Positions 1 to 10,570 are shown, counted from the first letter of the stretch. The stretch: 51,901 bases of DNA from Eubacteriales bacterium (GCA_045614625.1 JAZLDE010000053.1:1-51901), one strand, 5' to 3'. Translations and numbers: made by a program. Notes: generated from the letters alone by a model not told the origin.

Positions 1-39
1 GTGAAAATTTGTCGAATTTCGGCGGCAAGGAGGGAGCGC

Positions 40-2463
40 ATGGAATATAATATCAATACGGCGAGTATCGAGCTATCTGTGCGCGAGCTTTGCGCCCGTG
101 TGCTGAATAGCGGCGACCTTGAATACGGCGGTGGTCGCGCACTGGCCGAGCGGGGACGCATTGGTGCGGATATCCACCGTCGCATACAAAGCGAGCGGAG
201 CGGCCGTTATCGCGCCGAGGTGTCTCTGTCAAACACCACCCGCTATGGTGAGTTGACCTATACTGTCAGCGGCCGCGCCGACGGTATTGAGCAAGACGAG
301 GATGGCTGGACGATCGAGGAGATCAAGACCATGCACGCCCGCGCTTTTGCATTTCCCGTGCCCGAAATTTATCTGGCACAGCTTCGCATTTACGGCTACT
401 TTTTCTGTATGGAAAAGGACCTGGGCGGAGTCAATCTGCGCATGACCTGTATCAATATCGATAACGATAAGCAAAAGGAATCTACCGTTTACGCGTCGCG
501 TGAGCAGCTGCGCGATTACTATTTTTCGCTGCTCTCCCGCCTTGAGCGTTGGGCGAAGCTGATCGAAAAGCATCAAAGGGAAGAGCTTCCCGCACTTGCT
601 TCGCTCACCTTTCCTTACGCCGAGATGCGCGGCGGGCAGGAGGATATGATACGGGCGGTCCATCGAGCCGCCAAGCGAGGCGAGCGACTCTTTTTGCAAG
701 CCCCAACGGGACTTGGCAAGACGATGTCCTCGCTCTATCCTGCCGTTCGTGCGCACGGAGCTGGACTTGCCGATCGCATCTTTTATCTGACGGCCAAGGC
801 CAGCACCCGCCGTGAGGCGTTTGGGGCAGTGCGGCGGTTGGTGCAAAGCGGAGCCTCTTTGCGCGCCACCGTACTGACGGCAAGAGAGCAGATCTGCCCC
901 CACCCAACGGCAATGATGGATGGACGCTCGCTGTCCTCGCACTGCAACGGTGTGGAGTGCGAATACGCTATGGGTTACTACGACCGCGCGGGTGATGCCA
1001 TTTACGAGCTGATCACCTCGGGGCGCGGCTATGACCGTAGCCGCATTTTAGAGATTGCGCACAAATATAAGGTCTGCCCGTACGAGTTGTCGCTCGACGT
1101 ATCCGAGTATTGCGACATCATCATCGCGGACTATAACTACGCCTTTGATCCTATGGTATATCTGCGCCGTTACTTTTCGCCCGGCGCCCCCTGCGAGGGT
1201 AAGAATATCTTCCTTGTCGACGAGGCGCACAATCTGGCTGACCGCGCGCGGGATATGTATTCCATGACGCTGTCCCGCCGCGCCTTTGAAAAGGTGTATG
1301 CTAAGGTTGATCGGCGCGACAAGGTGCTCAACGAGGCACTGGAAACGGTCATTTTGGCCATGCGTAGCATGAGAAAAATGTGCCGTGACAATCTGAGTGT
1401 GGACGAGGAGGGCAATGAGTGCGGTTACAGCCTCTCACACTCGCCTTTGACTGCGTTTAACGAAAAGCTCCATTGGTTCTCCAATCAATGTGACGCATGG
1501 CTTCGCCGTCACGGGGAAGAGGATATCGCCCAAAGCGTGCGCGATCTTTGTTATACACTGCATGAGTATACGACCATCATGGAACACTATGACGAGCATT
1601 ACGTCACCTACGTAGAGTTGGGTGGGGGAGACACGCTTGTACATCTGCTTTGCCTTGACCCGTCGGGCGAGTTGAATATTCTTTTGAACCGCGCGACGAG
1701 TGCCGTGCTGTTCTCGGCCACGCTGACACCGCTGTCCTATTTCGTCGACGTGCTGGGCGGTGGCGATGCCGCCCGTACGATGGCCTTGCCGTCACCGTAC
1801 GATCGCGATAATTTCGGCTTATTTGTAGTCGAAAATATCAGCACCCGTTATTCCCAAAGAAAAGAATCCTGTCGCCAGATCGCTGCCTGCATCGGGGCAG
1901 CCGTGTCGGGCAAAAAGGGCAATTATATTGTCTATTTCCCCTCGTATTCCTATCTTGAAAACGTGCTGGTGCATTTCCACGCGCTGTATCCGAAGGTGAC
2001 GACCGTCGTGCAGAAAAAGGGAATGAGAGCGGCCGAGAGAGAAGCCTTCCTTGACGCCTTCGTTGCTGACCAAGACGTGCTTCGCGTTGGCTTTTGTGTG
2101 CTGGGCGGTTCTTTTTCCGAGGGCGTCGACTTACCGGGCTCGCGCCTGATCGGCTCTGTCATCGTGGGTGTTGGACTTCCCGGGCTGTCGGGTGAGAAAA
2201 ACATTTTGCAGGAATATTATCAAAACAAAAGCGAAATGGGCTATCAGTATGCCTACGTTTATCCGGGCATGAATCGCGTTTTGCAGGCTGCTGGACGTGT
2301 CATCCGAACTGACGAGGATAAGGGAATCGTTGTGCTGATCGACGACAGATACGCCACTCCGGACTACCGCCGACTGTTCCCGTCGCATTGGATCCATGCC
2401 AAATATGCAGGAAACGCGAAAAATCTTGCAGAAATGGTAGCATATTTCTGGAACAAAAACTGA
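40..2463 (+). CDS. ATP-dependent DNA helicase, DinG/Rad3 (XPD) family, with N-terminal PD-(D/E)XK nuclease-like domain
   Basis: Walker A APTGLGKT, DEAH box (LVDEAHNL), Fe-S cysteines (QICPH..HC..EC..VCPY), motif VI QAAGRVIR. N-terminal GRADG..IEEIKT..QLRIY. ATG at 40 follows an AGGAGG RBS. Confidence 0.88.
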   Translation: MEYNINTASIELSVRELCARVLNSGDLEYGGGRALAERGRIGADIHRRIQSERSGRYRAEVSLSNTTRYGELTYTVSGRADGIEQDEDGWTIEEIKTMHARAFAFPVPEIYLAQLRIYGYFFCMEKDLGGVNLRMTCINIDNDKQKESTVYASREQLRDYYFSLLSRLERWAKLIEKHQREELPALASLTFPYAEMRGGQEDMIRAVHRAAKRGERLFLQAPTGLGKTMSSLYPAVRAHGAGLADRIFYLTAKASTRREAFGAVRRLVQSGASLRATVLTAREQICPHPTAMMDGRSLSSHCNGVECEYAMGYYDRAGDAIYELITSGRGYDRSRILEIAHKYKVCPYELSLDVSEYCDIIIADYNYAFDPMVYLRRYFSPGAPCEGKNIFLVDEAHNLADRARDMYSMTLSRRAFEKVYAKVDRRDKVLNEALETVILAMRSMRKMCRDNLSVDEEGNECGYSLSHSPLTAFNEKLHWFSNQCDAWLRRHGEEDIAQSVRDLCYTLHEYTTIMEHYDEHYVTYVELGGGDTLVHLLCLDPSGELNILLNRATSAVLFSATLTPLSYFVDVLGGGDAARTMALPSPYDRDNFGLFVVENISTRYSQRKESCRQIAACIGAAVSGKKGNYIVYFPSYSYLENVLVHFHALYPKVTTVVQKKGMRAAEREAFLDAFVADQDVLRVGFCVLGGSFSEGVDLPGSRLIGSVIVGVGLPGLSGEKNILQEYYQNKSEMGYQYAYVYPGMNRVLQAAGRVIRTDEDKGIVVLIDDRYATPDYRRLFPSHWIHAKYAGNAKNLAEMVAYFWNKN

Positions 2464-2481
2464 AAAATATGGAAACAGCCC

Positions 2482-2510
2482 TTGCAATTTCCTCTTTTCT
2501 ATGATATAAT
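2482..2510 (+). promoter_or_regulatory. sigmaA promoter of asnS
   Basis: TTGCAA-17bp-TATAAT with extended TG. Confidence 0.65.
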
Positions 2511-2588
2511 ATCATTTATATTGCGGAAAATGCAATTTTCGGAAGAAAATTGTGCAAACATAATGAAAAATTGAAAGGATGACACAAC

Positions 2589-3983
2589 GTGAAACGCATT
2601 ACCGTAAAGCAGTTGTTTACCGATCCTGCGGCCTATGCTTCGCAGGAAATCACCGTCGCCGGTTGGGCGAGAACAATCCGCGCATCCAACGCGTTTGGAT
2701 TTATTGAATTGAATGACGGTAGCTACCTGAAGAATCTGCAGGTGGTTATTGAGGCTGAAAAGCTGGATAACTATAAGGAACTAGCCAAGCAGAACGTTGG
2801 CGCATCCTTCGTCGTTCGCGGCGTCTTTACTTTGACGCCTGAGGCAAAGCAGCCCTTCGAGCTCAAGGCGGCCGCCGTTGAGATCGAGGGTACCTCGACA
2901 CCCGACTATCCGCTTCAGAAAAAGCGCCACACCTTTGAATATCTGCGTACCATCGCTCACCTGCGTCCCCGCGCAAACACGTTCAACGCTGTGTTCCGCG
3001 TCCGCTCGGTGGCGGCTTACGCTATTCATAAGTTCTTCCAGGAGCGAGGCTTTGTTTACGTCCACACGCCGCTGATCACGGGCTCGGACTGTGAGGGCGC
3101 AGGTGAGATGTTCCAGGTCACCACGCTTCCGCTGGATAACGTTCCCAAGACCGAGGACGGCCAGGTCGATTTCTCGCAGGACTTCTTCGGCAAAAAGACG
3201 GGTCTTACCGTTTCGGGTCAGCTCAACGGCGAAACCTTCGCTATGGCCTATGCCAACATTTATACCTTCGGCCCCACCTTCCGCGCCGAGCGCTCCAACA
3301 CCCAGCGTCATGCGGCTGAATTCTGGATGGTCGAGCCCGAGATGGCTTTTGCCGATCTGACCGACTATATGGATACCGCCGAGGATATGATCAAGTTCGT
3401 TCTGCGCTACGTCATGCAGGAATGTCCCGCTGAGATGGAATTTTTCAACAAGCTGATTGATACTACGCTGATGGAAAGACTGCAGATGTTGGTTGACGCT
3501 GATTTCGGTCGCGTCAGTTACACCGACGCTGTCGAGCTGCTCCAGAAGTCGGGTCATGAGTTTGAGTATCCCGTATACTGGGGCATGGACCTGCAGACCG
3601 AGCATGAGAGATACCTGACCGAGCAGATCTTCAAAAAGCCCGTATTCGTTACCGACTACCCCAAGGAGATCAAGGCCTTCTATATGCGTCGCAACGACGA
3701 TGGAAAGACAGTTGCCGCAGCCGATATGCTGGTTCCCGGCGTTGGCGAGCTGATCGGTGGCTCCCAGCGTGAGGAGAGACTGGACGTTCTGCTGGACGCC
3801 ATCAAGACCTTTGGTTTAAACGAGGAGGACTACTCCTGGTACATCGAGTTGCGTAAGTTCGGCGGTACCAAGCACGCAGGCTTCGGTCTTGGCTTCGAAC
3901 GTCTTATCATGTATATCACGGGCATGTCCAACATTCGTGACGTTGAGGCTTTCCCGCGTACGACGGGCAGTGCAGATTTCTAA
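2589..3983 (+). CDS. asnS: asparagine--tRNA ligase
   Basis: N-terminal OB fold, [42 protein letters not shown]. Confidence 0.97.
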   Translation: MKRITVKQLFTDPAAYASQEITVAGWARTIRASNAFGFIELNDGSYLKNLQVVIEAEKLDNYKELAKQNVGASFVVRGVFTLTPEAKQPFELKAAAVEIEGTSTPDYPLQKKRHTFEYLRTIAHLRPRANTFNAVFRVRSVAAYAIHKFFQERGFVYVHTPLITGSDCEGAGEMFQVTTLPLDNVPKTEDGQVDFSQDFFGKKTGLTVSGQLNGETFAMAYANIYTFGPTFRAERSNTQRHAAEFWMVEPEMAFADLTDYMDTAEDMIKFVLRYVMQECPAEMEFFNKLIDTTLMERLQMLVDADFGRVSYTDAVELLQKSGHEFEYPVYWGMDLQTEHERYLTEQIFKKPVFVTDYPKEIKAFYMRRNDDGKTVAAADMLVPGVGELIGGSQREERLDVLLDAIKTFGLNEEDYSWYIELRKFGGTKHAGFGLGFERLIMYITGMSNIRDVEAFPRTTGSADF

Positions 3984-4019
3984 TTTCGCCCCAATTTTTG
4001 AGAGGATTTCGTTTACCCT

Positions 4020-5297
4020 ATGAAGTATCAAAGCATGAGCCGCGAACAGCTGTCCGCGCTCTATACCCAATTACAAGCACAATACGCAGCCGCGAAGGCA
4101 AAGGGACTTTCGCTGGATCTTTCTCGCGGCAAGCCCTGCGCCGAGCAGTTGGATCTGATCAACGATATGTTTGGCTGTCTGGACGCATCGGATGCCGTGA
4201 TGAATGGCGTCGACTACCGAAACTACGGCCTCTTGACGGGCATTCCTGCCGCTAAAAAGCTGTTTTCCGATCTGCTGGGCCTTCCCGAAAGCAGATTGAT
4301 GGTATGCGGCAATTCGTCGCTTAATTTGATGTACGATGCCCTCATCCGCGCTATGATCTACGGCGTGGTCGGCAGTGAGCGTCCGTGGTGCAAGGAAGAA
4401 AAGATCAAGTTTTTGTGTCCTGCTCCCGGCTACGACCGTCACTTTGGCGTGACTGAATCGCTGGGCTTTGAGCTCGTTCCCGTTGCCATGACGGACGAGG
4501 GCCCCGATATGGATGCGGTGGAAGCGCTCGTCGTCTCTGACCCCGCCATCAAGGGCATCTGGTGCTGTCCCAAGTATTCCAACCCCAACGGAATTACTTA
4601 CTCGAGCGAGGTTGTTGCCCGTCTGGCTCGTATGAAGACGGCGGCCCCCGACTTCCGCATCATGTGGGATAATGCCTACGTTGTGCACGATCTGTATCCC
4701 GACGAGCCCGACGAGCTCTCTGACATTTTCGCTCTCTGCGAGCAGGCAGGCAACGTCGACCGTGTATTCTATTTTGCTTCGACCTCCAAGATCACCTTCC
4801 CGGGTGCCGGTGTGGCTATCATGGCGGCCTCGGAAGCGAATATCGCGCAGATCACAAAGGCACTGACCATGCAGACCATCGGTTTTGACAAGCTCAATCA
4901 GCTGCGTCACGTTAAGTATTTCGGCACGGCCGAGAATATCATGAAGCACATGAGAGCCCAAGCCGATATTCTCCGTCCTCGCTTTGAGCGCGTGGAGCAG
5001 ATTTTGAACGAGGAGCTGTCCGAGTCGGGCATTGGTACCTGGACGCATCCGCGCGGCGGCTATTTCATCAGCTTTTTCGCTCCCAAGGGAACGGCCAAGC
5101 GCATCTATCAGCTCTGCCGCGAGGCAGGCGTTGTGCTGACGAACGTCGGCGCGACCTACCCCTACGGCAACGATCCCGACGATAGTAATATCCGCATCGC
5201 TCCCACTTACCCGACCTTCGAGCAGATGGAGCAGGCGACCTATATGCTTACGCTGTGCACCAAGCTCGCGGCGGTCGAGCAGCTTTTGAATCAATAA
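4020..5297 (+). CDS. PLP-dependent aminotransferase class I/II (putative aspartate aminotransferase type)
   Basis: [35 protein letters not shown] (PLP lysine), NIRIAPT. Confidence 0.85.
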   Translation: MKYQSMSREQLSALYTQLQAQYAAAKAKGLSLDLSRGKPCAEQLDLINDMFGCLDASDAVMNGVDYRNYGLLTGIPAAKKLFSDLLGLPESRLMVCGNSSLNLMYDALIRAMIYGVVGSERPWCKEEKIKFLCPAPGYDRHFGVTESLGFELVPVAMTDEGPDMDAVEALVVSDPAIKGIWCCPKYSNPNGITYSSEVVARLARMKTAAPDFRIMWDNAYVVHDLYPDEPDELSDIFALCEQAGNVDRVFYFASTSKITFPGAGVAIMAASEANIAQITKALTMQTIGFDKLNQLRHVKYFGTAENIMKHMRAQADILRPRFERVEQILNEELSESGIGTWTHPRGGYFISFFAPKGTAKRIYQLCREAGVVLTNVGATYPYGNDPDDSNIRIAPTYPTFEQMEQATYMLTLCTKLAAVEQLLNQ

Positions 5298-5306
5298 TAG
5301 CAATAC

Positions 5307-5343
5307 AAAAGATCCCGGCAGATGAACTGTCGGGATCTTTTTG
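5307..5343. terminator. bidirectional intrinsic terminator
   Basis: AAAAGATCCCGGCAG-atgaa-CTGTCGGGATCTTTTT between convergent genes. Confidence 0.8.
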
Positions 5344-5354
5344 TTATGCAAGGA

Positions 5355-7376
5355 TCAATCCTTGCGTTTTTTGTTGGTGAGAACGGTCGCGATACCAAAG
5401 GTTGCGATCAGGGCGATGGCGGAGACGGAAAGCAGGGAATTGCAACCATTCTCGGGCTTTTCGTTGTCGTCATTACTATCGTCATTGTTATTGTTGTCGC
5501 CGTTGTTGGTCTGGACGGGCTCCAAGGCATCCTTTGCTGCGGTCAGCGCTGCCAGAGCGGCATCGATATCAGCTTGAACGTAGGAATTCTGGACGCCCTT
5601 GGCGGCCTTGAGCGCATCGGATAAAGTGACCCATGTTGCAGCGGTGTAGTCGTTGGCATTGAGTGCCTCAACGGCTGCGATCTCGGCATCCAGAGCTGCG
5701 GTGTCAGCTTTGACGGAGTATCTTTCGTTCACGACGAACTGAGCGGATGCAACCCACTGACCGGTGACGAAGTCACGGCCGCGGACCAGAACCTTATCAG
5801 CGTAAACCTGAACGTAAAGGCCCTGGCTACCCTCGAAGGAGGTGTCAGTGGAAGGTGTCCACAGATCACCGACCGAGCCGGTATTGAACATAGCGGCGTT
5901 CTTGCCACCGCCGTACATCGAGTTGGCGGAATTCATGTCGGAGTGAGTATGACCGGTGAAGAAGAATACGTTGGGATATTCCTTGAGCAGCTCGCGAAGT
6001 TTTGCGTCATCGTTGATACCCCACCATTTCTCGCTCTCGGCGGTGCCGGAAACGGTGTTTTTCATACCCTGATGCATGAACAGGAAGATGGGGCGGTCGT
6101 CGGTTGCTTCGCCCAGTTTCTCTTCCAGCCACTCGTACTGATCCTCGCCGATGGTGGCGCGTACGCCGGGCTCATAAACGGCGTTACCCAGAATGATAAA
6201 GTGGTAGTCGTTGATCCAGGTGTCGTAATAGGGCACGTCGGTAGGCTTTTCCATATCCTCCGTTACTCTCAGATACTTCAAGAATTGCGTAACTGCGGGT
6301 TCGTATTCTCTGTAGCCGGAGAACTCGTGGTTACCGATACCGATGTACATATGGGGAAGTCCCTCGACCTCGTCGTACAGCTCCCACAGCTTTTTCCACC
6401 AATCGTCGCGAGGACCGCTATCAACGACGTCGCCCGCAACGAAAATACCGATGGAATCGGGGCTGTTTTTGAGAACGTCCTGCAGCATAGACTTGTAGTG
6501 TTGCTCGCGGATGTCGGTGGAAACGTGAATATCACTGAGTGCCTGGAATTCGATCAGAGGCTTGCCCTCGGGGAACTGGTAGCCACAGCCCTCGGGAAGA
6601 GCAATGGATACGTAGTCCTCGCTCAGCTCGTTCGCACCGTTGACTGAGTAAACGAACAGGTGGGTTGCGTTGGGGGGAATGAAGGTGTTCTTGACCATGT
6701 TGAATTTCACACTGGTTGCCGTTGCGGAAACTTTGTGAACGGCCAGGCCGGTGTAATCCTCCAGCTTACCGTCAGCGTTTCCCCAAAAGGCCTGAACGCC
6801 GGTCGCACCGTGATCCTTGGGCAGAGTTACGGTCACCTTACCTGCGGCCATGCCCGACGTGGGATCGTTGATGTCGTAGGTGGCGTCGGTAGGAGCCTTG
6901 GCGGGAGGAAGCTGTTTCTCAACGATTTCGATGTCGATGGACATCAGAATGTTTTCTTTTCTGGCGGGGTCGCCGGCCAAGGGAAGATCGTCGGGAACGA
7001 GCACGATGGTGTATTCACCAGCGGGCAGGCTCTGGTAAGGAGCGAGATTGTGGTTACCACCCTTGCCGCCGGCAGCCAGGTCTTGCGCTTCGCCGTTCTT
7101 GGCATCGCGGGGATAAACGTAGCGCAGACCGCCCCATTCGCTGTGATCGCGAACGATCAGACCGATCCAAGCGGGCTTGTTCGGGTCCGTGCTGTTCTTT
7201 TCAACGGAGCCCTTGACCATAATGGGGTCACCGACCTCGTAGACGGTCTTGTCAGACCAAAGCGTGCATTCACCGTAATCTGCGGGATTGATGGCAGACG
7301 CGGAGAAGGAAAGAACGCCGACCATCAAAGAGAGGATCATAATAATAGCCAGCATCCAAGAGATGATTCTTTTCAT
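5355..7376 (-). CDS. secreted/surface calcineurin-like metallophosphoesterase with FIVAR-like helix and C-terminal membrane anchor
   Basis: Signal peptide MKRIISW..ASA; motifs SDIH, GDVVD, GNHE, FMHQ, GHTH; FIVAR-like DYTAATW..ALKAAK; N/D-rich linker; GC + hydrophobic helix + KKRKD. Confidence 0.85.
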   Translation of the reverse strand: MKRIISWMLAIIMILSLMVGVLSFSASAINPADYGECTLWSDKTVYEVGDPIMVKGSVEKNSTDPNKPAWIGLIVRDHSEWGGLRYVYPRDAKNGEAQDLAAGGKGGNHNLAPYQSLPAGEYTIVLVPDDLPLAGDPARKENILMSIDIEIVEKQLPPAKAPTDATYDINDPTSGMAAGKVTVTLPKDHGATGVQAFWGNADGKLEDYTGLAVHKVSATATSVKFNMVKNTFIPPNATHLFVYSVNGANELSEDYVSIALPEGCGYQFPEGKPLIEFQALSDIHVSTDIREQHYKSMLQDVLKNSPDSIGIFVAGDVVDSGPRDDWWKKLWELYDEVEGLPHMYIGIGNHEFSGYREYEPAVTQFLKYLRVTEDMEKPTDVPYYDTWINDYHFIILGNAVYEPGVRATIGEDQYEWLEEKLGEATDDRPIFLFMHQGMKNTVSGTAESEKWWGINDDAKLRELLKEYPNVFFFTGHTHSDMNSANSMYGGGKNAAMFNTGSVGDLWTPSTDTSFEGSQGLYVQVYADKVLVRGRDFVTGQWVASAQFVVNERYSVKADTAALDAEIAAVEALNANDYTAATWVTLSDALKAAKGVQNSYVQADIDAALAALTAAKDALEPVQTNNGDNNNNDDSNDDNEKPENGCNSLLSVSAIALIATFGIATVLTNKKRKD

Positions 7377-7531
7377 GAGAAAAGTCCTCCTTATATAGTT
7401 ATGTGCCTATTTTATTCTTTTTTTCTCTTTTTGTCAAGAATTATTTGTCCTTGTGGCGGGAAATTGGCACTATCAACAAAAATGTTTCCGGTAACGTAAC
7501 ACAACAAACAATTATTTTTGAGGCCAAAGAC

Positions 7532-7560
7532 TTGCATTTTAAAGGAATCTGTAGTACAAT
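7532..7560 (+). promoter_or_regulatory. sigmaA promoter
   Basis: TTGCAT-17bp-TACAAT upstream of the EEP gene. Confidence 0.5.
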
Positions 7561-7597
7561 GATGAAGAAGATACACCGTTTGACTAGGAGGACGACC

Positions 7598-8383
7598 ATG
7601 TCACAGAATATTAAAATTGTTTCTTTCAATCTTCGCTCGCAATATAAGGGCGACGGCATCAATGCATTTATCCACCGTGCGGGTATGATCTATGATAAAA
7701 TTCAGGAGCAAAAGCCCGACGTTGTGTCGTTTCAGGAGGTCATCGAGCCCCACTACGACCTGCTGCCCAAGCTGATGCCCGACTACACCTTCTTAGGTCA
7801 GTTCCGCGAGGCGGATTACACGGGTGAGGGTGTGTTTACTGCCATTCGCACAGCTGATTGGTTGCCCATCTTCTACGACGTGTTCTGGATCAGCCCAACG
7901 CCTCACGTTCCCGCCTCTCGCTTTGAGGATCAAAGCCATTGCCCCCGCATCTGCGTAGTGACGGCTCTGCGCCATAAGTCGAGCGGAAAATTTATTCGCG
8001 TCTGTAACATCCATCTGGATCACGTCGGCGAATCAGCACGCGTCAAGGGGATTCGCTGTGTGCTGGATAAGATGACTGAATATGACAGAGAATTGCCTAT
8101 GCCGACCTTGCTTTTGGGCGATTTCAACGCCGAGCCCGGCAGCGAGACCATCTGCGTGACGGACGCATCGACAGAACCCAAACTGTATGACCTGACGGGA
8201 CACATTCCTTCGACCTTCCATGGCTACGGTGACTATGCTCCGGGCAAGATCGACTACATTTACGCGACCGAAACGTTGAAAAACGCCGTTGGTGAGGTTA
8301 AGATCTGGGACGACGAGCATTGTGGCATTTATCTGTCAGATCACTATCCCGTTTGCGCGGAGTTTGACGTTGACTTAATCTAA
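7598..8383 (+). CDS. endonuclease/exonuclease/phosphatase (EEP) family protein
   Basis: SFNLR, DVVSFQE, NIHLDH, LLGDFN, IDYI, SDHYPV. ATG 7598 follows AGGAGG. Confidence 0.9.
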   Translation: MSQNIKIVSFNLRSQYKGDGINAFIHRAGMIYDKIQEQKPDVVSFQEVIEPHYDLLPKLMPDYTFLGQFREADYTGEGVFTAIRTADWLPIFYDVFWISPTPHVPASRFEDQSHCPRICVVTALRHKSSGKFIRVCNIHLDHVGESARVKGIRCVLDKMTEYDRELPMPTLLLGDFNAEPGSETICVTDASTEPKLYDLTGHIPSTFHGYGDYAPGKIDYIYATETLKNAVGEVKIWDDEHCGIYLSDHYPVCAEFDVDLI

Positions 8384-8388
8384 TAGCC

Positions 8389-8421
8389 AAAACCGACCAC
8401 CGCATAGCGATGGTCGGTTTT
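8389..8421 (+). terminator. intrinsic terminator
   Basis: AAAACCGACCA..TGGTCGGTTTT hairpin after the stop. Confidence 0.75.
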
Positions 8422-8549
8422 GTATATGTGAAAAACGGAAATACAGAATAAAAGCAATATTTAACATGTCAGTTTTTTAATTGCTTTACCGTGCCGCCAT
8501 TGTTTATTTTGAATTTGAAACTGCATACTAATATGGTGCGAGTGAGGAG

Positions 8550-9218
8550 GTGACGAGTATGGCATATTTGTTTTGTGTGTCAGCGGGCTATCTGGTCGGC
8601 ATGATCAATCCGTCGTATATCCTTGGTAAATGCCACGGTGTCGACGTGCGTTGCGAGGGCTCGGGAAATGCGGGTGCGTCCAATGCGCTGATTTTGTTTG
8701 GCAAGGTGCGCGGCTTTTTGTGTGCTATGTTTGATATTGTCAAGGCTGTCTTTGCCGTGCGATTTACGAGCGGGCTGTTCCCGGGGCTTGTCTATGCTTT
8801 TCCCCTGACAGCCGCGGCCTGCATTCTCGGACATATTTTTCCGTTCTATTTGAAATTCAAAGGTGGGAAGGGGCTTGCCTGTCTTGGAGGTGTGATCCTT
8901 GCCTTTGATTGGCGCGTTTTTTTGATTCTCTTGGCCTTTGAAACGACGGTGGCGTTCTCGACGCAATACCTATGCTTTGTGCCAATGTCGGCGTCGGTCG
9001 CATTTTCTGTTATCTACGGCGTGATGCGGCAGGATCTGATCGGTGGTTTGATTTTACTTGGCGTTGCTATTGTTATTTGCTTTAAGCATAAAGAAAATGT
9101 CATGCGCATTCGTCGGGGAATGGAACTTCGCTTGTGTTATCTTTGGAACCGTGACGGGGAAGAGGCAAGACTCAAGGCGAATTTGAACGAGAAACGAAGA
9201 AAGAAAGCAAAAAGGTGA
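8550..9218 (+). CDS. plsY: glycerol-3-phosphate acyltransferase, PlsY family
   Basis: GYLVG..P, GSGNAGASNA, FDIVKA, GHIFPFYLKFKGGKG, HKENVMRI. Start is 8550 GTG or 8559 ATG. Confidence 0.88.
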   Translation: MTSMAYLFCVSAGYLVGMINPSYILGKCHGVDVRCEGSGNAGASNALILFGKVRGFLCAMFDIVKAVFAVRFTSGLFPGLVYAFPLTAAACILGHIFPFYLKFKGGKGLACLGGVILAFDWRVFLILLAFETTVAFSTQYLCFVPMSASVAFSVIYGVMRQDLIGGLILLGVAIVICFKHKENVMRIRRGMELRLCYLWNRDGEEARLKANLNEKRRKKAKR

Positions 9219-9237
9219 TCGCTCGCGATCACCTTTT
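9210..9237. terminator. bidirectional terminator
   Basis: AAAAGGTGATC-gctcgc-GATCACCTTTT. Confidence 0.65.
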
Positions 9238-9291
9238 CAGCTTGATTTTTCGTATTTTGAGAGGATACAGTGTATGGATATTTTAACACAC

Positions 9292-9990
9292 TCACGGCCT
9301 CTTTTTTGCTTTCAGGCGCCGAATGAGCTCCACGGTAAGCAGGATCAGAGCATAGACCGCAACGTATATCGGGGCAATGACCCATGCGGTGAAAATGGTT
9401 CCATCCAGGGCGGGAGCTGTCATATAAAAAGGATTGTCATAGTCCAACACATGGAATAAGAACGAGCCGAAGGCCAGATAAGAGGTCATGCCGAACAAGG
9501 TGCAGTACCATTTTTTGTAGGTAATGTTAAGATATCCGGTGAGTAACATCAGAGCGACGACAATAGCCGACCACGTGTGGTGCATCATACCGAGTATGGT
9601 AGGCGGATACAAAAAGGAAGGATGCTGGTCGATAAAATTGGGATAGAAGGTTGTGATCGTTCCACCGGCCAATGCGACCAACCAGACAAAATGAAGCACG
9701 TTATTGTTCTTTTTACCAAGCAGCAGGGCAATGGCCAAAATATAACTTGACGTACTGCAAAAGCTGTCAGTGATCAGCTTCATCCAATTCGGATCGTCGT
9801 ACTCGAACACCAAGGCCAAGCGATTGGAAAAAATAATGAGAAAGAGGATAGCGCCTGCGATGCGCACAACCCAATTTTTTGCCTTTTCGGTTTTGGCATA
9901 CTTTCGGGTCAATACACAGGAAATAACAGCCACCAGTATGCTGGCCGCGATGGAGCATAGATGCTCTTTTCCAAACACTTGCGGATTCAT
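9292..9990 (-). CDS. integral membrane protein, YwaF/TMEM164-like
   Basis: Multi-TM, FGKEHL N-terminus, conserved C and H residues, DNPFYM near the C-terminus. ATG at 9990 follows AAAGGAG. Confidence 0.6.
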   Translation of the reverse strand: MNPQVFGKEHLCSIAASILVAVISCVLTRKYAKTEKAKNWVVRIAGAILFLIIFSNRLALVFEYDDPNWMKLITDSFCSTSSYILAIALLLGKKNNNVLHFVWLVALAGGTITTFYPNFIDQHPSFLYPPTILGMMHHTWSAIVVALMLLTGYLNITYKKWYCTLFGMTSYLAFGSFLFHVLDYDNPFYMTAPALDGTIFTAWVIAPIYVAVYALILLTVELIRRLKAKKRP

Positions 9991-10229
9991 TGCTGTCTCT
10001 TCTCCTTTTAGCGATTTCAAGGTCATTATAGCACACCGAATTTTGAAAAGCAACAGATTTTGGCTCGGCATTTATTAAGCTTTTATTAAGTTGTGGATTG
10101 AAATCGGGACGCAAATTTTCGGCCAAAAGGCACTCGTTTGGTGGAGAGGAAGTTTACATATTATGGCAATATTCCGCTTTGAGCCGAAACGGAATATTGG
10201 AGGCGGCAAAATGGAACTTACAAATTATA

Positions 10230-10570
10230 TTTGCCGCCTGGATTCGGACCACCGCCCTCAGCGCGATGCGCTGAGCGCACAAGATTTGCCTTGATGGCTG
10301 AACGCCATCATTTCGGCTTGCGCCGAAACCGGCAAACTTGCGTTCGCTGCCCTCGTCCGACCGGTTCACCACAACAAAAGACCACCCGATGGGGAGCCAA
10401 GGGAGGTTTGCCGCCCGGATTCGGACCACCGCCCTCAGCGCGATGCGCTGAGCGCACAAGATTTGCCTTGATGGCTGAACGCCATCATTTCGGCTTGCGC
10501 CGAAACCGGCAAACTTGCGTTCGCTGACCTCGTCCGACCGGTTCACCAAAACAAAAGACCACCCGATGGG
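10230..10570. repeat. tandem ~177-bp structured direct repeat (2 copies) abutting the tRNA-Tyr 3' end
   Basis: Unit 1 from 10230 and unit 2 from 10407 are nearly identical over ~164 bp (3 substitutions seen). Each has several perfect hairpins and a 15-bp copy of the tRNA T-arm. Confidence 0.92.

Noticed and set aside
2511-2588. T-box leader for asnS
   Set aside because: The leader is under 80 nt and has no T-box consensus or terminator
4020-5297. Aminotransferase as DapL completing the dap pathway
   Set aside because: The motifs fit a different class I subfamily, and it is unlinked to the lysine-riboswitch operon
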